In this document: piece after piece, positions 39,187 through 51,584 of the stretch
Numbering within the stretch: position 1 is the stretch's first letter
How the letters are laid out: every line of letters starts with the position of its first letter
Assembly (NCBI RefSeq): GCF_009834535.1
Contig: NC_045696.1
Span: 41,418,001-41,482,000, forward strand
DNA from: Camelus ferus
Taxonomy: Eukaryota
Length of the DNA stretch: 64,000 nt
Direction of reading: 5' to 3'
Notes under the pieces: model-generated
Database searches by the model: none
Told to the model about the DNA's origin: nothing
What the model saw: only the letters and a program-made list of their open reading frames with translations
Position numbers and translations under genes: made by a program

Positions 39187-42100
39187 GAGGAGGGGGATCA
39201 AGATGATGGAGTAGGAGGACGTGGAGCTCACCTCCCCCCGACATATGCATCAGAAATACATCTACACATGGAACAACTTTCACATAAAACTAACTGGAAA
39301 TTGGCAGGAAAACTCATGGACAACCAAAGCTGCAAGAAAGATCTCCACATAACCGAGTAGGACAGGAAAAAAGGCATTGGGTTGGGGACCTGTGCCCGTG
39401 GGAAAGATCTGTAAGGAGGAGAAGGTCCGCACGGGTGGACCCTCACCCCAGGGAGTGAGCAGGTTGAGCTGCAATCTGGGCATCCCAGCCCTGGTGTCCT
39501 GCACAGAGGAGACAGCCCTACTTGCCTGCTGGGAAATCCACTAAGACAGACAGAAGGTCTGGGAAAGCCTAGATTCTACTCTTGAGGACTGAGCATGTGC
39601 TGGTTGTATCCAACCAGGGTGCAGAGAGCCTTGCACCAGCGGCTGCAGCCTCACTACACTTTCCGATCCAAACAGGCAAACACGCTGGCCCTGTCCCACA
39701 CCACAGCCTGGCATGAGATCTGGGCAGAAACTGAGACTAGCTGTGCAGAAACAGACTGGGGTGTCTAGGTGTAATCTGGGCAGAGCCACAGAGGCCACTG
39801 TCAGCATGTACACGGGGTGGCGCCGCAAGAGCATACAGTGGCTAAACACTGAGCAGACAGACCCTAGGGGAGGACTCATCTGGCTACACAGAGGGAGCCC
39901 AGAGGGCCCGGGGTATTGTCTGGGCAGCAGCGATGGCCAATGTCAGCTCGCTCAGGAGTACACAGCAGTTGTCTCCCAGCCAGAGCCCTCCAGCGACACC
40001 TACTCTACACTGCAGCTTTGGGCCAGACCTGGGGCAGCCAGATCCTGGGAGAGGCCTGCCACAGAGGCAGCCCAGACCTCAGGTGGCAGAGCAGCCACCT
40101 CAATTCCTGCGGCCATGATGCCCAGATAACCAGCCCAGCCACTCCACACCACAGCCCTGCACCAGATCTGGGAGGAACACAACAGAGAAAGGGACTGCTT
40201 CTGAGAGGAGCCTTGGTTGCCAGCACAGATGGTGCACAGTTCGCTGTGACTGCATGGGTTTCACTGCTTCAGCTGTCACCTCCTTTGGAGGAGGGCACAC
40301 ACTCAAGGGCAACAGAGCCTGATCAAGCTTGATTCTCAGGGCTTCTACTCCAACAACTGGGCAGTGTACCCCACGCCTGACAGGGTGGCAACAGCCACGA
40401 AGCCCTGCCTCACATCCAGAACAGGCTCTAGACACTACAACACCAGCCACACCCCATTACCAAGGGGATAATGACCAGCACACCCTGTGGAAAGATGTGC
40501 TGGTGTCCATCCTGAAATCAGCCCTCACACCAAAGACATTGGACACACACAGCCTACACAGGGATGTGCCCACAAAAAACATCCCTTCAAGACCACAGTA
40601 CATAACTGTTCCTCCTAAATTCATACAGACAGAGAAAGTTATGTAAAATGAAAAGGCAGAGGAACTACTATGAATAAATGCATGCCAACAAATTGGACAA
40701 CCTATAATAAATGGACACATTTCTAGATACATACAGCTTGCCAAAACTGAGTGAAGAAGAAACATATAATTTGAATAGACTGATCACTAGAAGTGAGACA
40801 TAAACTGTAAAAACAAAAACAAAAACAAAACAACAACAAAAACTCCCTGCAAACAAAAGTCTAGCACTAGATGACTTCATTGAGGAATTCTTCTGAAAAT
40901 ACAAAGAACTTAAACCTATCCTGCTCAAACTATTCCAAAAAATTGAAGAGAAGGGAACACGTCCAAGTTCATTCTATGAACACTCTTGACAGAAAAACCA
41001 GATAAAGAGAGCACAAAAGAAGAAAACTACAGGCCAGTATCTTTGATGGATATAGATATGAAAATCCTCAAGAAAAAAATAGCAAACTGAATTCAACAAT
41101 ACATAAAAAGCATCATACATCATAATCAACCTGGATTCAATTCAATCCAGGGTCACAAGGATGTTTCAACATATACAAATCAATTAATGTGTTAACCACA
41201 TTAACAACAACAACAAACGACAAAACACAAAGGATCATCTCAATAGATGCAGAAAAAGCATTTGACAAAATTCAACATCTTTTCATAATAAAACCTCTCA
41301 ACAAAGTAGGTACAGAGGGAACACATCTCAAGATAATAAAAGCCATTTATGACAAACCCCTAGCCAACATAATATTCAAGCTGTAAAGCTGAAAGCCTTT
41401 CTGCAAAATTCAGGAACAAGACAAGGATGCTCACTCTCACCACTCTTGTTCAGCATAATATTAGAAGTCCTAGTCACAGTAGTCAGAAAAGAAAAAGAAA
41501 TAAGAGGTATCCAAACTGGAAGGGAAGAGGTAAAACTGTCACTATTTGCAGATGACATGAAACCCTATATATAGAACCCTAAAATCTCTACACAAAAATT
41601 ATCAGAACTAATAAATGAATTCAGCAAGGTAGCAGGATACAAGATCAATATACAGAAATTCATTGCATTTCTTTACACTAACAATGAAATATCAGAAAGA
41701 GAAAGTTAAAAAAAATCCTGTTTAAAACCATGTCCATAAAAAAAACCACCTATGAATAACCTTAACCACAGAGGTGGAAGACCTATACACTGAAAACTAT
41801 AAACATTGATAAAAAAAGTTAAAGATGATTCAAAGAAATGGAAAGATATCCTATGCCCTTAAATTAGAAGAATTAATATTGTCAAAATGGCCTTATTACC
41901 CAAAGCAATTTCCCCTATCAAAATACCCATGACATTTTTCACATATCTAGAACAAATAATCCTAAAATTTATATGGAATCACAAAAGACCAAGAATTGCC
42001 AAGAAATCCTGAGGAAAAAGAACAAAGCTGGAGGCATAACCCTTCCAGACTTCAGATTATACTTCAAAGCTCCAGTAATCAAAACAGCATGGTATTGGCA

Positions 42101-43481
42101 CAAAAACAGACATGTGAATCAATAGAACACAATAGAGAGCCCAGAAATAAACCCACACACCTAAGGTCAATTAATCTTCAATGAAGGAATCAAGAATATA
42201 CAATGGAGAAAAGAGAGTCTCTTCAGCAAGTCATGCTGGGAAAACTGGACAGCCACATATAAATCAACGAAGTTAGAACACTCCCTGACACCATATACAA
42301 AAATAAACTCAAAATAGTTTAAAGATCAAAATATAAGGCATGACACCATAAAACTTCTAGAAGACAACATAGGCAAAACATTCTTGGACATAAATCATAG
42401 CAATATTTTCTTAAATCAGTAAAATTCTTTTATTTCTTAAAGAAATAAAAGTAAAAATAAATAAATGAGATCTAATTAAACTTAAAAGTTTTTGCACAGC
42501 AAAGGAAACCATAAACAAAATTAAAAGACAGCCTACAGAATAGGAGAAAATATTTGCAAACAATATGACCAACAAAGGGTTAATACCTGAACTATACAAA
42601 CAGCTCATATAACTCAATATCAAAAAAATAAACAACCCAATCAAAAAATGGGCAGAAGACCTAAATAGACATTTTTCCAAAGAACATACAGATGGCCAAC
42701 AGGTACATGAAAAGATTCTCAGCATCTCTAATTATTAGAGAAATATAAATGAAAACTACAATGATGTATTACCTCACACCAGTCAGAATGGCCATCATCA
42801 AAAAGTCAACAAATAATAAATGTTGGAGAGGGTATGGAGAAAAGCGAACCCTCCTACACTGTTGGTGGAAATGTAAATTGGTGTACCTACTATGGAAATA
42901 TGGAGGTTCCTTACAAAATTAAACATAGGAGCTATCATATGATCCAGCAATCCCACTCCTGTGTATCTATCTGGAAAAAAATGAAAACTCTAATTCAAAA
43001 AGATACTTGCACCCCAATGTTTATAGCAGCATTCTTTACAATAGCCAAGACATGGAAACAATCCAAGTGCCCAACAACAGACAATAAGCTTAAGAAGATG
43101 TGGTATATTTATACAATGGCTATTACTCAGCCATAAAGAAAGAATGAAATATTGCCATTTGCAGCAACATGGATGGACCTAGAGAAAATTATACTTAGTT
43201 AAGTAAATCAGACAGAGAAAGACAAGTTCTATATGATACCACTTATATGTGAAAATCTGAAAATAACACAAATGAATCTATATACAAAACAGAAACAGAG
43301 TCACAGACATAGGAAACAAATGTATGGTTACCAAGGGAGGAGGGACAAAGTACAAGTATGGGATTAGCAGATACTAACTACTATACATAAAATCAATAAG
43401 AATTTATTATAAAACACAGGGAATTATATTCATATCTTGTAATAACCTATAATGGAATATAATCTGAAAAAATAATTGAAT
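39187..43481 (+). mobile_element. LINE-1 with full 5' UTR (~1.45 kb), internal deletion of ORF1 and EN, decayed ORF2 and partial 3' UTR
   Basis: 5' end gggggatcaagatg and a GC-rich UTR. ATG AAA AGG CAG AGG AAC at 40648 joins directly to ORF2 text aligning with 17317 onward. FADD-encoding tttgcagatgac at 41545-41556; many stops and frameshifts. Confidence 0.9.
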
Positions 43482-43482
43482 C

Positions 43483-43634
43483 GGGAGAGGGTATAGCTTA
43501 GTGGTAGAGTGTGTGTTTAGCATGCATGAGGTCCTGGGTTCAATCCTCAGTACCTCCTCTAAAATTAAATAAACCCAATTACCTAACCCCCATGCCAAAA
43601 TAAAACAGTTAAATAATACAATAATAAATTTTTT
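43483..43634 (+). mobile_element. Vic-1-type SINE at the 3' end of the L1
   Basis: gggagagggtatagcttagtggtagagtgtgtgtttagcatgcatgaggtcctgggttcaatcc; TSD-like taattgaat at 43473-43481 and 43635-43643. Confidence 0.9.
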
Positions 43635-43644
43635 TAATTGAATG

Positions 43645-43780
43645 AATTAAAACTAAAAATTCAGGCCCTCATCACACTAGCCATATTTCAAGTGCTTAGT
43701 AAGTTACCTGTGGCTAGTGGTTACCATATGGGACAGCACAGATAAAACATTTCCATCACTGTAGTTCTGTAGTACAGCCT
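43645..43780. mobile_element. MER33/MER3-like hAT-Charlie fragment
   Basis: aaaaattcagg...cacactagccatatttcaagtgct...gtggctagtggttacc...gacagcacagataaaacatttccatcac. Confidence 0.75.
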
Positions 43781-44574
43781 TGATCTTGACCATGTCAACT
43801 AACATCAAATTCCACTAGTGGAGAATGACCAACATTCATATGTGGAATGAATAACTCAATAAATTAATTGATTTAATTGATGAAAGACTGAATGAATAAA
43901 TCATTCTCTTTTGGATCTGTATCTCTCTTTTCAACATAAATATGATATGCTTTTATTATTTGTCTTTGGTAAACTTTAACCAATATGGGAAGTTCTTCTT
44001 AAGATGAGAAAGAAACTAAGGAGAAAAAAGGAATTTCACCTATACATTTACAGCTCTTGAAGTGTCAGGGAGCCATCACTGGGAATGTAATCTAGGGTTG
44101 CGGTCAGGATACATCAAAGTGGCCCAGCCAGTGTTAGCTGCCAACCAAACAGTCATTCTCCCGACCCTTTTTCCTCTCTGAGAGAACTTGCCTCCCATGG
44201 TAGAATACAGCTTGGAAGGGCTATGTGAACAAGTTCTAGCCAATAACTTTTGATGAGATTTTGCGAGTGTGCTTCTAGCAAATATGTATTTCTCTGATGA
44301 AAAAATCATACAAGAAGATAGCTCCTTCCCAACCCCTTTCTCCTGCTTTGAATATTAAGTGAGGAAGGGATGTTTAGTGGCAGGGTAGCCATCTTGTGGC
44401 CATGATAGAAAGACCTACAAAAGTGCAAGAAAACTCACCTAGGGCCCTTAGTTTGTTGACCCCAGGAGCAATCGTGGAATGGTCTATCAGTGTACTTGTT
44501 ATAGAGAAGTTATAGAGTAAATAAACAAAAATGTATTCATTTATGCCACTGCTAGTCAGATAATTTGATATTTG

Positions 44575-44712
44575 TACCTCTTTGTGCCTCAGTTTCTTCT
44601 GCATACATGAGGATAGTATTTTCTTCCTCATAGGGTTATTGGGAGGATTAAATGGCTTAATACACATAAAATATTTAGAACAATGCCTGGCATATGGCAA
44701 GCACTCATTCAC
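44575..44712 (+). mobile_element. MIR SINE
   Basis: cctctttgtgcctcagtttcttc...cctcatagggttattgggaggattaaatg...tttagaacaatgcctggcata. Confidence 0.85.
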
Positions 44713-45169
44713 TACTGGCTGCTGGTACTTGTAATGGTGGTGGTTGTAATCACTGCAGCTGAAAGTATGTGAACACCTAACCTAAGGAAGAGCACGCTAC
44801 ATGCAAGTCTGCTTCTCAGCAGAGACCTCCATTTAGAAGCTGGGAAGTAGACAGGAAAGATTTAATAACTTCTTTGAAAGTGCCTTTTCCAAGCACTTGA
44901 TTTGCTACCAAAGACTAATTGAGGCATTGAATGAAATTGTTATTCAAACAGTCATTTTTCAAAAGTCATATTTCCACAGAATTTTATGTGTTAGGTCCCC
45001 TAAAAGCTTAGGTTCACTACTCTAAATCTTTTATCTTGGAAATGTATAAATTGTTCAAAGTAGCATGTCAGTGTCTAAAGTACCCTTAAAAAGAGTCAAA
45101 TGCATTTGAGTATATTATTCTTCAAACCAAGGCCTTTCCTACTATATTTTATTATATTTGATTTATTTT

Positions 45170-47225
45170 ATTTTATTTGCAATAGTTTTTTGAAATGTAA
45201 TTCACATACAACAAACTGCACATATTTCATTTATACAATTTGATTAATTTTGACATGTTTTCACCTGGGAAACCCTCACCACAACCAAGATAATGAATGT
45301 ACCCATTACCTTTAAAAGAATCCTTGTGGCCCTTTTCCATCCCACTCTCCTTCCACTCCACACCTCTCACCCAGTACCACACAACCACTGATCTGCTTTC
45401 TATTATAATACTTTTGATTGCAGTTTTGGAAGTCTTACATAAATGGAATCATATAGTAGGTACTCTGTTTTGACTGGCTTCTTTAACTCAGTTCCATTAT
45501 AATGAGATTCACGCATGTTATAACATATATCAATATCCCTTCCTATGCTGAGTAGTATTCCATTGAATGGATATACCACAATTTGTTTACCCATTCATCT
45601 GCTGATGGACATTTGGGCTACTGCCAATTTTGGCTATTACTAACAAGACTCTTGTGATCATTTGCATGTATGTCTTTGTATGGATGCATGATTTCATTCT
45701 CTTGCAAAAATACCTGCGAGTACAATAGCTAGATCAAATGGTAGATGTTCATTTAAATTTTGAAGGAACTGCCAAACTCTTTTCCAAAGTGAATGTAAAA
45801 TTTTATGTTCACACCAACAGTGTATGAGGGTTCCAGTTTTTCCACATCCTTGCCAACATTTGCATGTCATAATTTTTAATTTTAGCCTTTCTAATAGATA
45901 TATAATGGCATCTCATTTTTATTTTAATGTGCATTTCCCTAATGACAAATGATGCTGAGAATATTTTCATGTGCTTGTTTGCCATTTGTTTGTGGGGGGT
46001 TTTTTTGGTGACATCTTTTAAAAATCTTTTGCCTACTTTTGGTGGTGTGGAGGATGGTTTGTTTTATTACAGGTTTTAAGATTTCTCTATAAATTCTAGA
46101 TATAAGTCCTTTACAAGATACATACTTTGCAAATATTTCCTCATTATCTACAGCCTGTCTTTTCAATCTCTTAAGAGTGTCTTTTGAGGTGCAGAAGTTC
46201 TTAATTTAGGTGAGGTCTGATTTGTACAATTTTTCTGTTATGGATTGTGCTATTGGTGTCATAGCTAAAAGTACCTTGCCAAATCCAACCCTAATAAGAT
46301 TTCTTAGTTTTAGGTTTTACATTTAAATCTTTGATCTATTTTGAGTTGATTTTTGCATATGATGCATGATATGGATTCAGGTTTATTTTTTGCCTATAGA
46401 CATCCAATTGATTTGCTGTCATTCACTAAAAAGTTTACACTTTTCTCTACTAAATTGCTCTTGCAGTTTCATCAAAAATCAATAGTTCAAATATATGAAG
46501 GTTTATTCTGGAGTCTTTATTCTGTTCCATTGCTCTATTCATCCTATATTAATGCCAATAACACATTGTATTCAATACTGCAGCATTATAGTAAGCCTTA
46601 AAATCAAGTAGTATTGTCTGTGAAGCCATTCTCTATGGGAAGGTCTTAGTTTTTGGTTTTGGGGGAATTTTTTGATTTGGTTTACTAAAAATTCAATTCT
46701 ATAGATAGATACATGGATTTTTCAGATTATCTGTTTTTTCTTGAGTGAGTTTGTTAATTTGGTCTTTTGAGGAATTTGACCTTTTATTTAAGTGGTTAAA
46801 TGTGCTGCCATAAAGTTGTTCATAATATTCCCTTATTATTCTTCTAATATCTGTAGAATCTGCAATAATTTTGCCACCCTCATTTCTGATATTGATTTGT
46901 GTCTTCTCTTTCTCCTCTTGCTCAACCCAAATTGAGACATACTGTATTTTCAACTTCATTCAGTTACAAATATTTCTAATTCTGCTTTTGGTTTCTTCTT
47001 TGCTCATGATTTATTTAGAACACTGTTTCCAATATCTAGGGGATTTTCCAGGGATCTTTCTGTTATTAATTTTAATTTAATTCCAATGTGGTTGAGAAAA
47101 GTATTTTAAGTGACTTAAATCCTTTTGTATTTATTGAAAATTACTTTATGGTCCAGAACATGGTCTATATTTCTGCCCTTGAAAAAATATATATTCTGAT
47201 ATTGTTGAATGGAATACTATATACA
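45170..47225 (-). mobile_element. Ancient L1M (3' UTR plus fragmented ORF2) with internal deletions
   Basis: Antisense L1 motifs (aaatggaatcatatagta; gatggacatttggg; tgcatttccctaatgacaaatgatgctgag). Minus ORF 46699-46959 translates to IRRIIREYYEQLY. Confidence 0.88.
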
Positions 47226-47320
47226 TAGGATTTTCTGTTGTAATTCGAATCTAAAACCAACAGGAAAACACTGGCCAGAATGGGACTATGAAAGCACAAT
47301 TTAGCAGTTGTCTAATTAGA

Positions 47321-47388
47321 ATGATGACAGTGATGAAGATGAAGAAGATCATGATGATGATGGTGATAGTGATGATAGTGATGGTGAT
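47321..47388. repeat. Degenerate (GAT)n microsatellite
   Basis: atgatgacagtgatgaagatgaagaagatcatgatgatgatggtgatagtgatgatagtgatggtgat. Confidence 0.85.
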
Positions 47389-48934
47389 TTTGGTAAATAG
47401 AAGTCATTGCTTAAATGTTCAACACTTTTTTTCTCTAAAATTTTCCACTTAATTTTTTCTAGAAGAGCTGGTTTCCCTCTCATCACCACTTGCAAAACCC
47501 AATCAGAAAAAAAATCCAAATGATGTAGTTACTCCTCTAGCAATCCCCTAGGAACACTCAACCTTTTAATTGTTTCCCAAACCACACATTTTTATCGTCT
47601 GGTCCTCATTAACAGCCCTGTGAAAGTCTGAGGCAGAGAAGGCATAATTCAAACAACTTAAGAGACTTGCCCAAGTCAATCGCATAGTTCAGTGATTTAC
47701 AAACTTAAGTGTGTATCATAATCTCCAGAGGGCTTAAAACACAAAATTTCTTCTCTGATTGACTATCTTATATCTTTAATTATATTTTAGAGAATTCTTT
47801 TATCTGATGAAAAATGTGAAAATCCCTTAAGATGGTAACATTGTGAGATAGTATATTAATAGCCATTACACCTTAGAGTTCATGAAAACATTCAGGACAG
47901 ATTGGAGGATGGAAAACAAGAAGACTGGGTTCTTGAGAGGAGTGGAAAGGGGATGGAAAGGTAGGCAGGAAGTTAAAACTGGGAAAATTCTAAGGACTTG
48001 AGTGGAATCCAGGCCTAAGCTAATCCTTAGGGACACAAAAGCTATAGAGAACCTTATGTTCACACTCCCTTCTCTTTTAAATCCACCCATTCCCTGTAGC
48101 TAGTTTTCAGTTTCCTATTCTTCCTCTAGCCTCAACACAGAACTTAAAGGAACAGAGAAGAGGAGCAAGGAAGCACCTATGTATGCATCCCTAAGTTGTC
48201 TCTAGTTCAACACCACTTGCAGACCAAGACAAATCTTCTAAGGCTCAGCTCTTTATATCCCATTGGACATGGTGAGGTTCCCCCGGAGGCCACAGGAGAC
48301 TCACTCATTAATGAGCAGGATTCCAGGCCTAGTTGAAGAAGAGATTAGAATCCTTCAGGGAATTTCCTCTTAATTACTATCCCAGACAAATACTGAGAAC
48401 ATGTATTTCCCCACTTCTCCTTGCTGAAGTGAAAGGAGACAGCCTTCCTTAGTATTGTATGATTCACTGCAAACATCTGACATTAATTCCAGGAACAAGG
48501 CTTGAAATACAAAGACATGGAGAAAGCAACATGGAGGGTCTGACAGAGAGTTCATGGGATGAGATGTGGCAACTGCTCACTCTTCATATCATTAGCTGTT
48601 ACTTCCTGAACAGAAAATTGGTGGCCTCTGGCTTGTGAAATGCCTCATTTCCAGCACCACTCCTCAGGGAAGATATTAAATTGACTCAAAGAATGCCAAT
48701 CATATGAGATGATGCTGACAGGGCTCCGAATTATTCTGAGAAGACTTGGAATTTCTCATTCCAAATGACCCAACTCATTTGCCAGCACAGGATGTGCCGT
48801 ATCAACTAACACTCTCAGACAAATCTGGTTACCAGTCTCAGGCCTGGAGTACCATTAGCCAGACTCCAAGCATCTAGTCTTTCTCTGTCAACCAGATTGT
48901 TGTTCCTAGGCAGATAAAGAGTGTAACTCATTCC

Positions 48935-49720
48935 TATAGTAGTAAAAGGACAATCAAGGAATACTATGAAATGACTCTATGCCCATACATTTCATAACCC
49001 AGGTAAAATGGACAATTTCCTTGAAAGACACAATTTGCTAAAATTCACACAAGAAGAAATAAACAATATGAATAAACCTATGTCTATTAAAGAAATTGAA
49101 TCAATACTAATAACCTTGCAAAACAGAAAGCATCCCAGATAGGTTCACTGGAGAATTTTAACAAATATTTTTAAAGAAATTACACCAAATTCTCTGTAAT
49201 CTCTTTCAGAAAATAGAAGCAGAGGGAATACTTCCTAATTCATTCTATAACTCATTCTGTGATCCCAGTATTACTCTAATGCTAAAACCAAACAAAGGCA
49301 TACAAGAAAAAAAGCTACAGACAAATATCTCTCATTAACATAGATGCAAAAATCCTCAACACAATATTGGCAAATCAAATCCAACAATGTGTAAAAAGAA
49401 TTATACACCATAACCAAGTGGGATTTATCCCAAGTATGCAAGGATGGTTCAACATTTGAAAATCCATTAATGTAATCCATCACACAACAGCAGACTAAAA
49501 CAAAAATCATATTAATAGATGCAGAAAAAGCATTTGACAAAATCCAACACCATTCACGATATAAAATTCATGGTAAAATACAAATAGAGGGTAACTTCCT
49601 CAACTTGATAAAGGATACCTACAAAAGTAACCACAGCTCACATCATTCTTAATGGTAAGAAACTCAAAGCTTTCCCATTAAGAAACCACTCCTTTTCAAC
49701 ATAGTACTGGAAGTCCTAGT
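48935..49720 (+). mobile_element. Older L1 ORF2 internal fragment, abutting a short antisense L1 3' piece (49721-49822)
   Basis: ggaatactatgaa...catagatgcaaaaatcctcaac...accaagtgggatttatccca...gtactggaagtcctag. Confidence 0.88.
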
Positions 49721-49979
49721 CATGGCTTGATAGCTCATTTCTTTTTTAGCTGCTGAATAATAGTCCATTGCTTGGATAATGCACAGTTTGTTTATCTATT
49801 CGCCTACTGAAATACATCTTGGAAAGCAAGGTCTTAGGCACTAACAAAGTAAGAACTTTTACTTCCTCATAATGGCAGTTTGATTAATCAACAAGTGGAA
49901 GATAAAATGAAAATAATGTAAAATGGAAAACTCAGTGACAAAGGAACATAGTTTAACTCTATTTAGAAATGAAAACTAA

Positions 49980-50430
49980 GTGTTTTTGTTCTATGGCTGC
50001 CATAAAAATTACCACAAATGCAGTGCCTAAAAACAACATAATTTTAATATCTTATAGTTCTGAAGTTCAGAAGTCTGGCATGAGGCTCACTGGACTAACA
50101 TCAAGGTGTTGGCAGGGCTGCATCCCTTTCTGGAGGTTCTAGGGGAGAATCTGTTTCCTTGCCTTTTCCAGCTTCCAAAGCCTGCATTCCTTGTCTCATA
50201 GCCCCCTTCTTACATTTCAAAGTCAACAACATAGCATCTCTCTGACTTTTCTTCAGCCTCCCTAACCCACTTTAAGGACCTTTGTGATTACTTTTGGCCC
50301 ACCTGGATAATTTAGGATAATATTTTGAGATCGATTGGCTAGCAAACAATCCATCTGCAACCTTAATTTCTTACAGGCATGTACCCTAACGTATTCACAG
50401 GTTATGGTATTAGGATGTGAAAGTCTTTGT
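49980..50430 (-). mobile_element. MLT1C/D-type solo LTR
   Basis: ggctgccataaaaattaccacaaa...tcaaggtgttggcagggctgcatccctttctggaggttctaggggagaatctgtttccttgccttttccagcttc. Confidence 0.88.
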
Positions 50431-51245
50431 GAATTTCCCCAAGGAAGTGGAGTTTCTCCAAAATCACTAAGACAAGATGATTCAAAGAACATAAGGAAAA
50501 GTACTTATGTTAAACATAAATATGTTAGCCTGGTGAAGTTAAAATGGTTAGAACAACAAAGTAGTAAAAAAAAAAAATGGAGTTTTAGTTAAAATGTTTT
50601 CAAACCCTTTACTTGTTGGTTCTACCTGAGGAAACCTTGCATATTCTCATTGTGAATGGATGGGGTGCGTTAATATATCTCCACTGGCTTCCTCTTCCCA
50701 TCTTGAATGTACGGCTTCTACAATATGTTTGTCACTGGGTTTCACCAAAATCAATGAAACCAACTCATCCAAACTAAGAAATAGCTCTTAATGCTTCTCT
50801 AGCAATAGCCATCAGAGCCTAAAACAATGTTCATACCCTTTGACTTAAGAATTCACATTGGGAAATATATGCCAAATTAATGATCCAAAATATAAAGCTA
50901 ATCTAAACATTTTTATGAAAATTAAAATGTTTATAACAGCCTCAAACTACATAAGACATTTAAAAAAATGGGTAGTTATATAAATTGAGGCACAATCTAA
51001 TCAGCAAACACAATTTAGTCACTAAAAACCACATGATATTGGCTATAAGAGAAATTCTAAATGCTAAGAGAAAAAATAATGCAGTTTATAAAACATTTTA
51101 TAATATAGATAAAATAATTTTAAAAATACATATAGAATAAAAAGAAAGGATATAAAAAATCAATTGTCTCTAAATGACAGAAACATGGTGACACTTCTTC
51201 TATTTTTCCATATCTGTGATAAGCAAGTCCTTTTTCTGCAATACC

Positions 51246-51584
51246 TGCTATGATTGTGTCCCTACAAAACTCGTATTTTGCAGCCCTAATCTCCAAAGAT
51301 AATGCTATTAAGAGGTGAGGCCCTTGGGAGGTGGTTAACCCATGAGGGTGGAGCTCTCAAAAATGAAATTAGTGCCCTTATAAGGGGTTCCAGAGAGATC
51401 CCTACCCTGTCCTCCATATGAGGATACAAGAAGTCTGTGACCCAGGAGGAGGCCTCACACAACCATGATGGCACCCAAATCTCAGACTTCCAGCTGCCAG
51501 AACTGCGAGAAACAAAATCCTGTTGTTTAGAGGCTTCCCAGTCTTTGGTATTTTGTGATAGCAGACTAAATGGACTAAAATGAC
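51246..51584 (+). mobile_element. MLT1A-type solo LTR
   Basis: tgctatg...gaggtgaggcccttgggaggtggtta...atctcagacttccagctgccagaactgcgagaaa...gcagactaaatggactaa. Confidence 0.88.

Noticed and set aside
39541..40646. Cluster of overlapping 60-138 aa ORFs
   Set aside because: They lie in the GC-rich L1 5' UTR where stops are rare; no recognisable protein features.
5667..43634. Five tRNA-Ala-like sequences as tRNA genes
   Set aside because: All carry the same AT-rich/cctaattacc tail, some have TSDs, and their stems are mismatched; they are SINE copies.
48935..49822. Twin-priming inversion
   Set aside because: The arrangement is sense then antisense (converging), not the twin-priming geometry, and there is no poly-A or TSD; more likely juxtaposed fragments.
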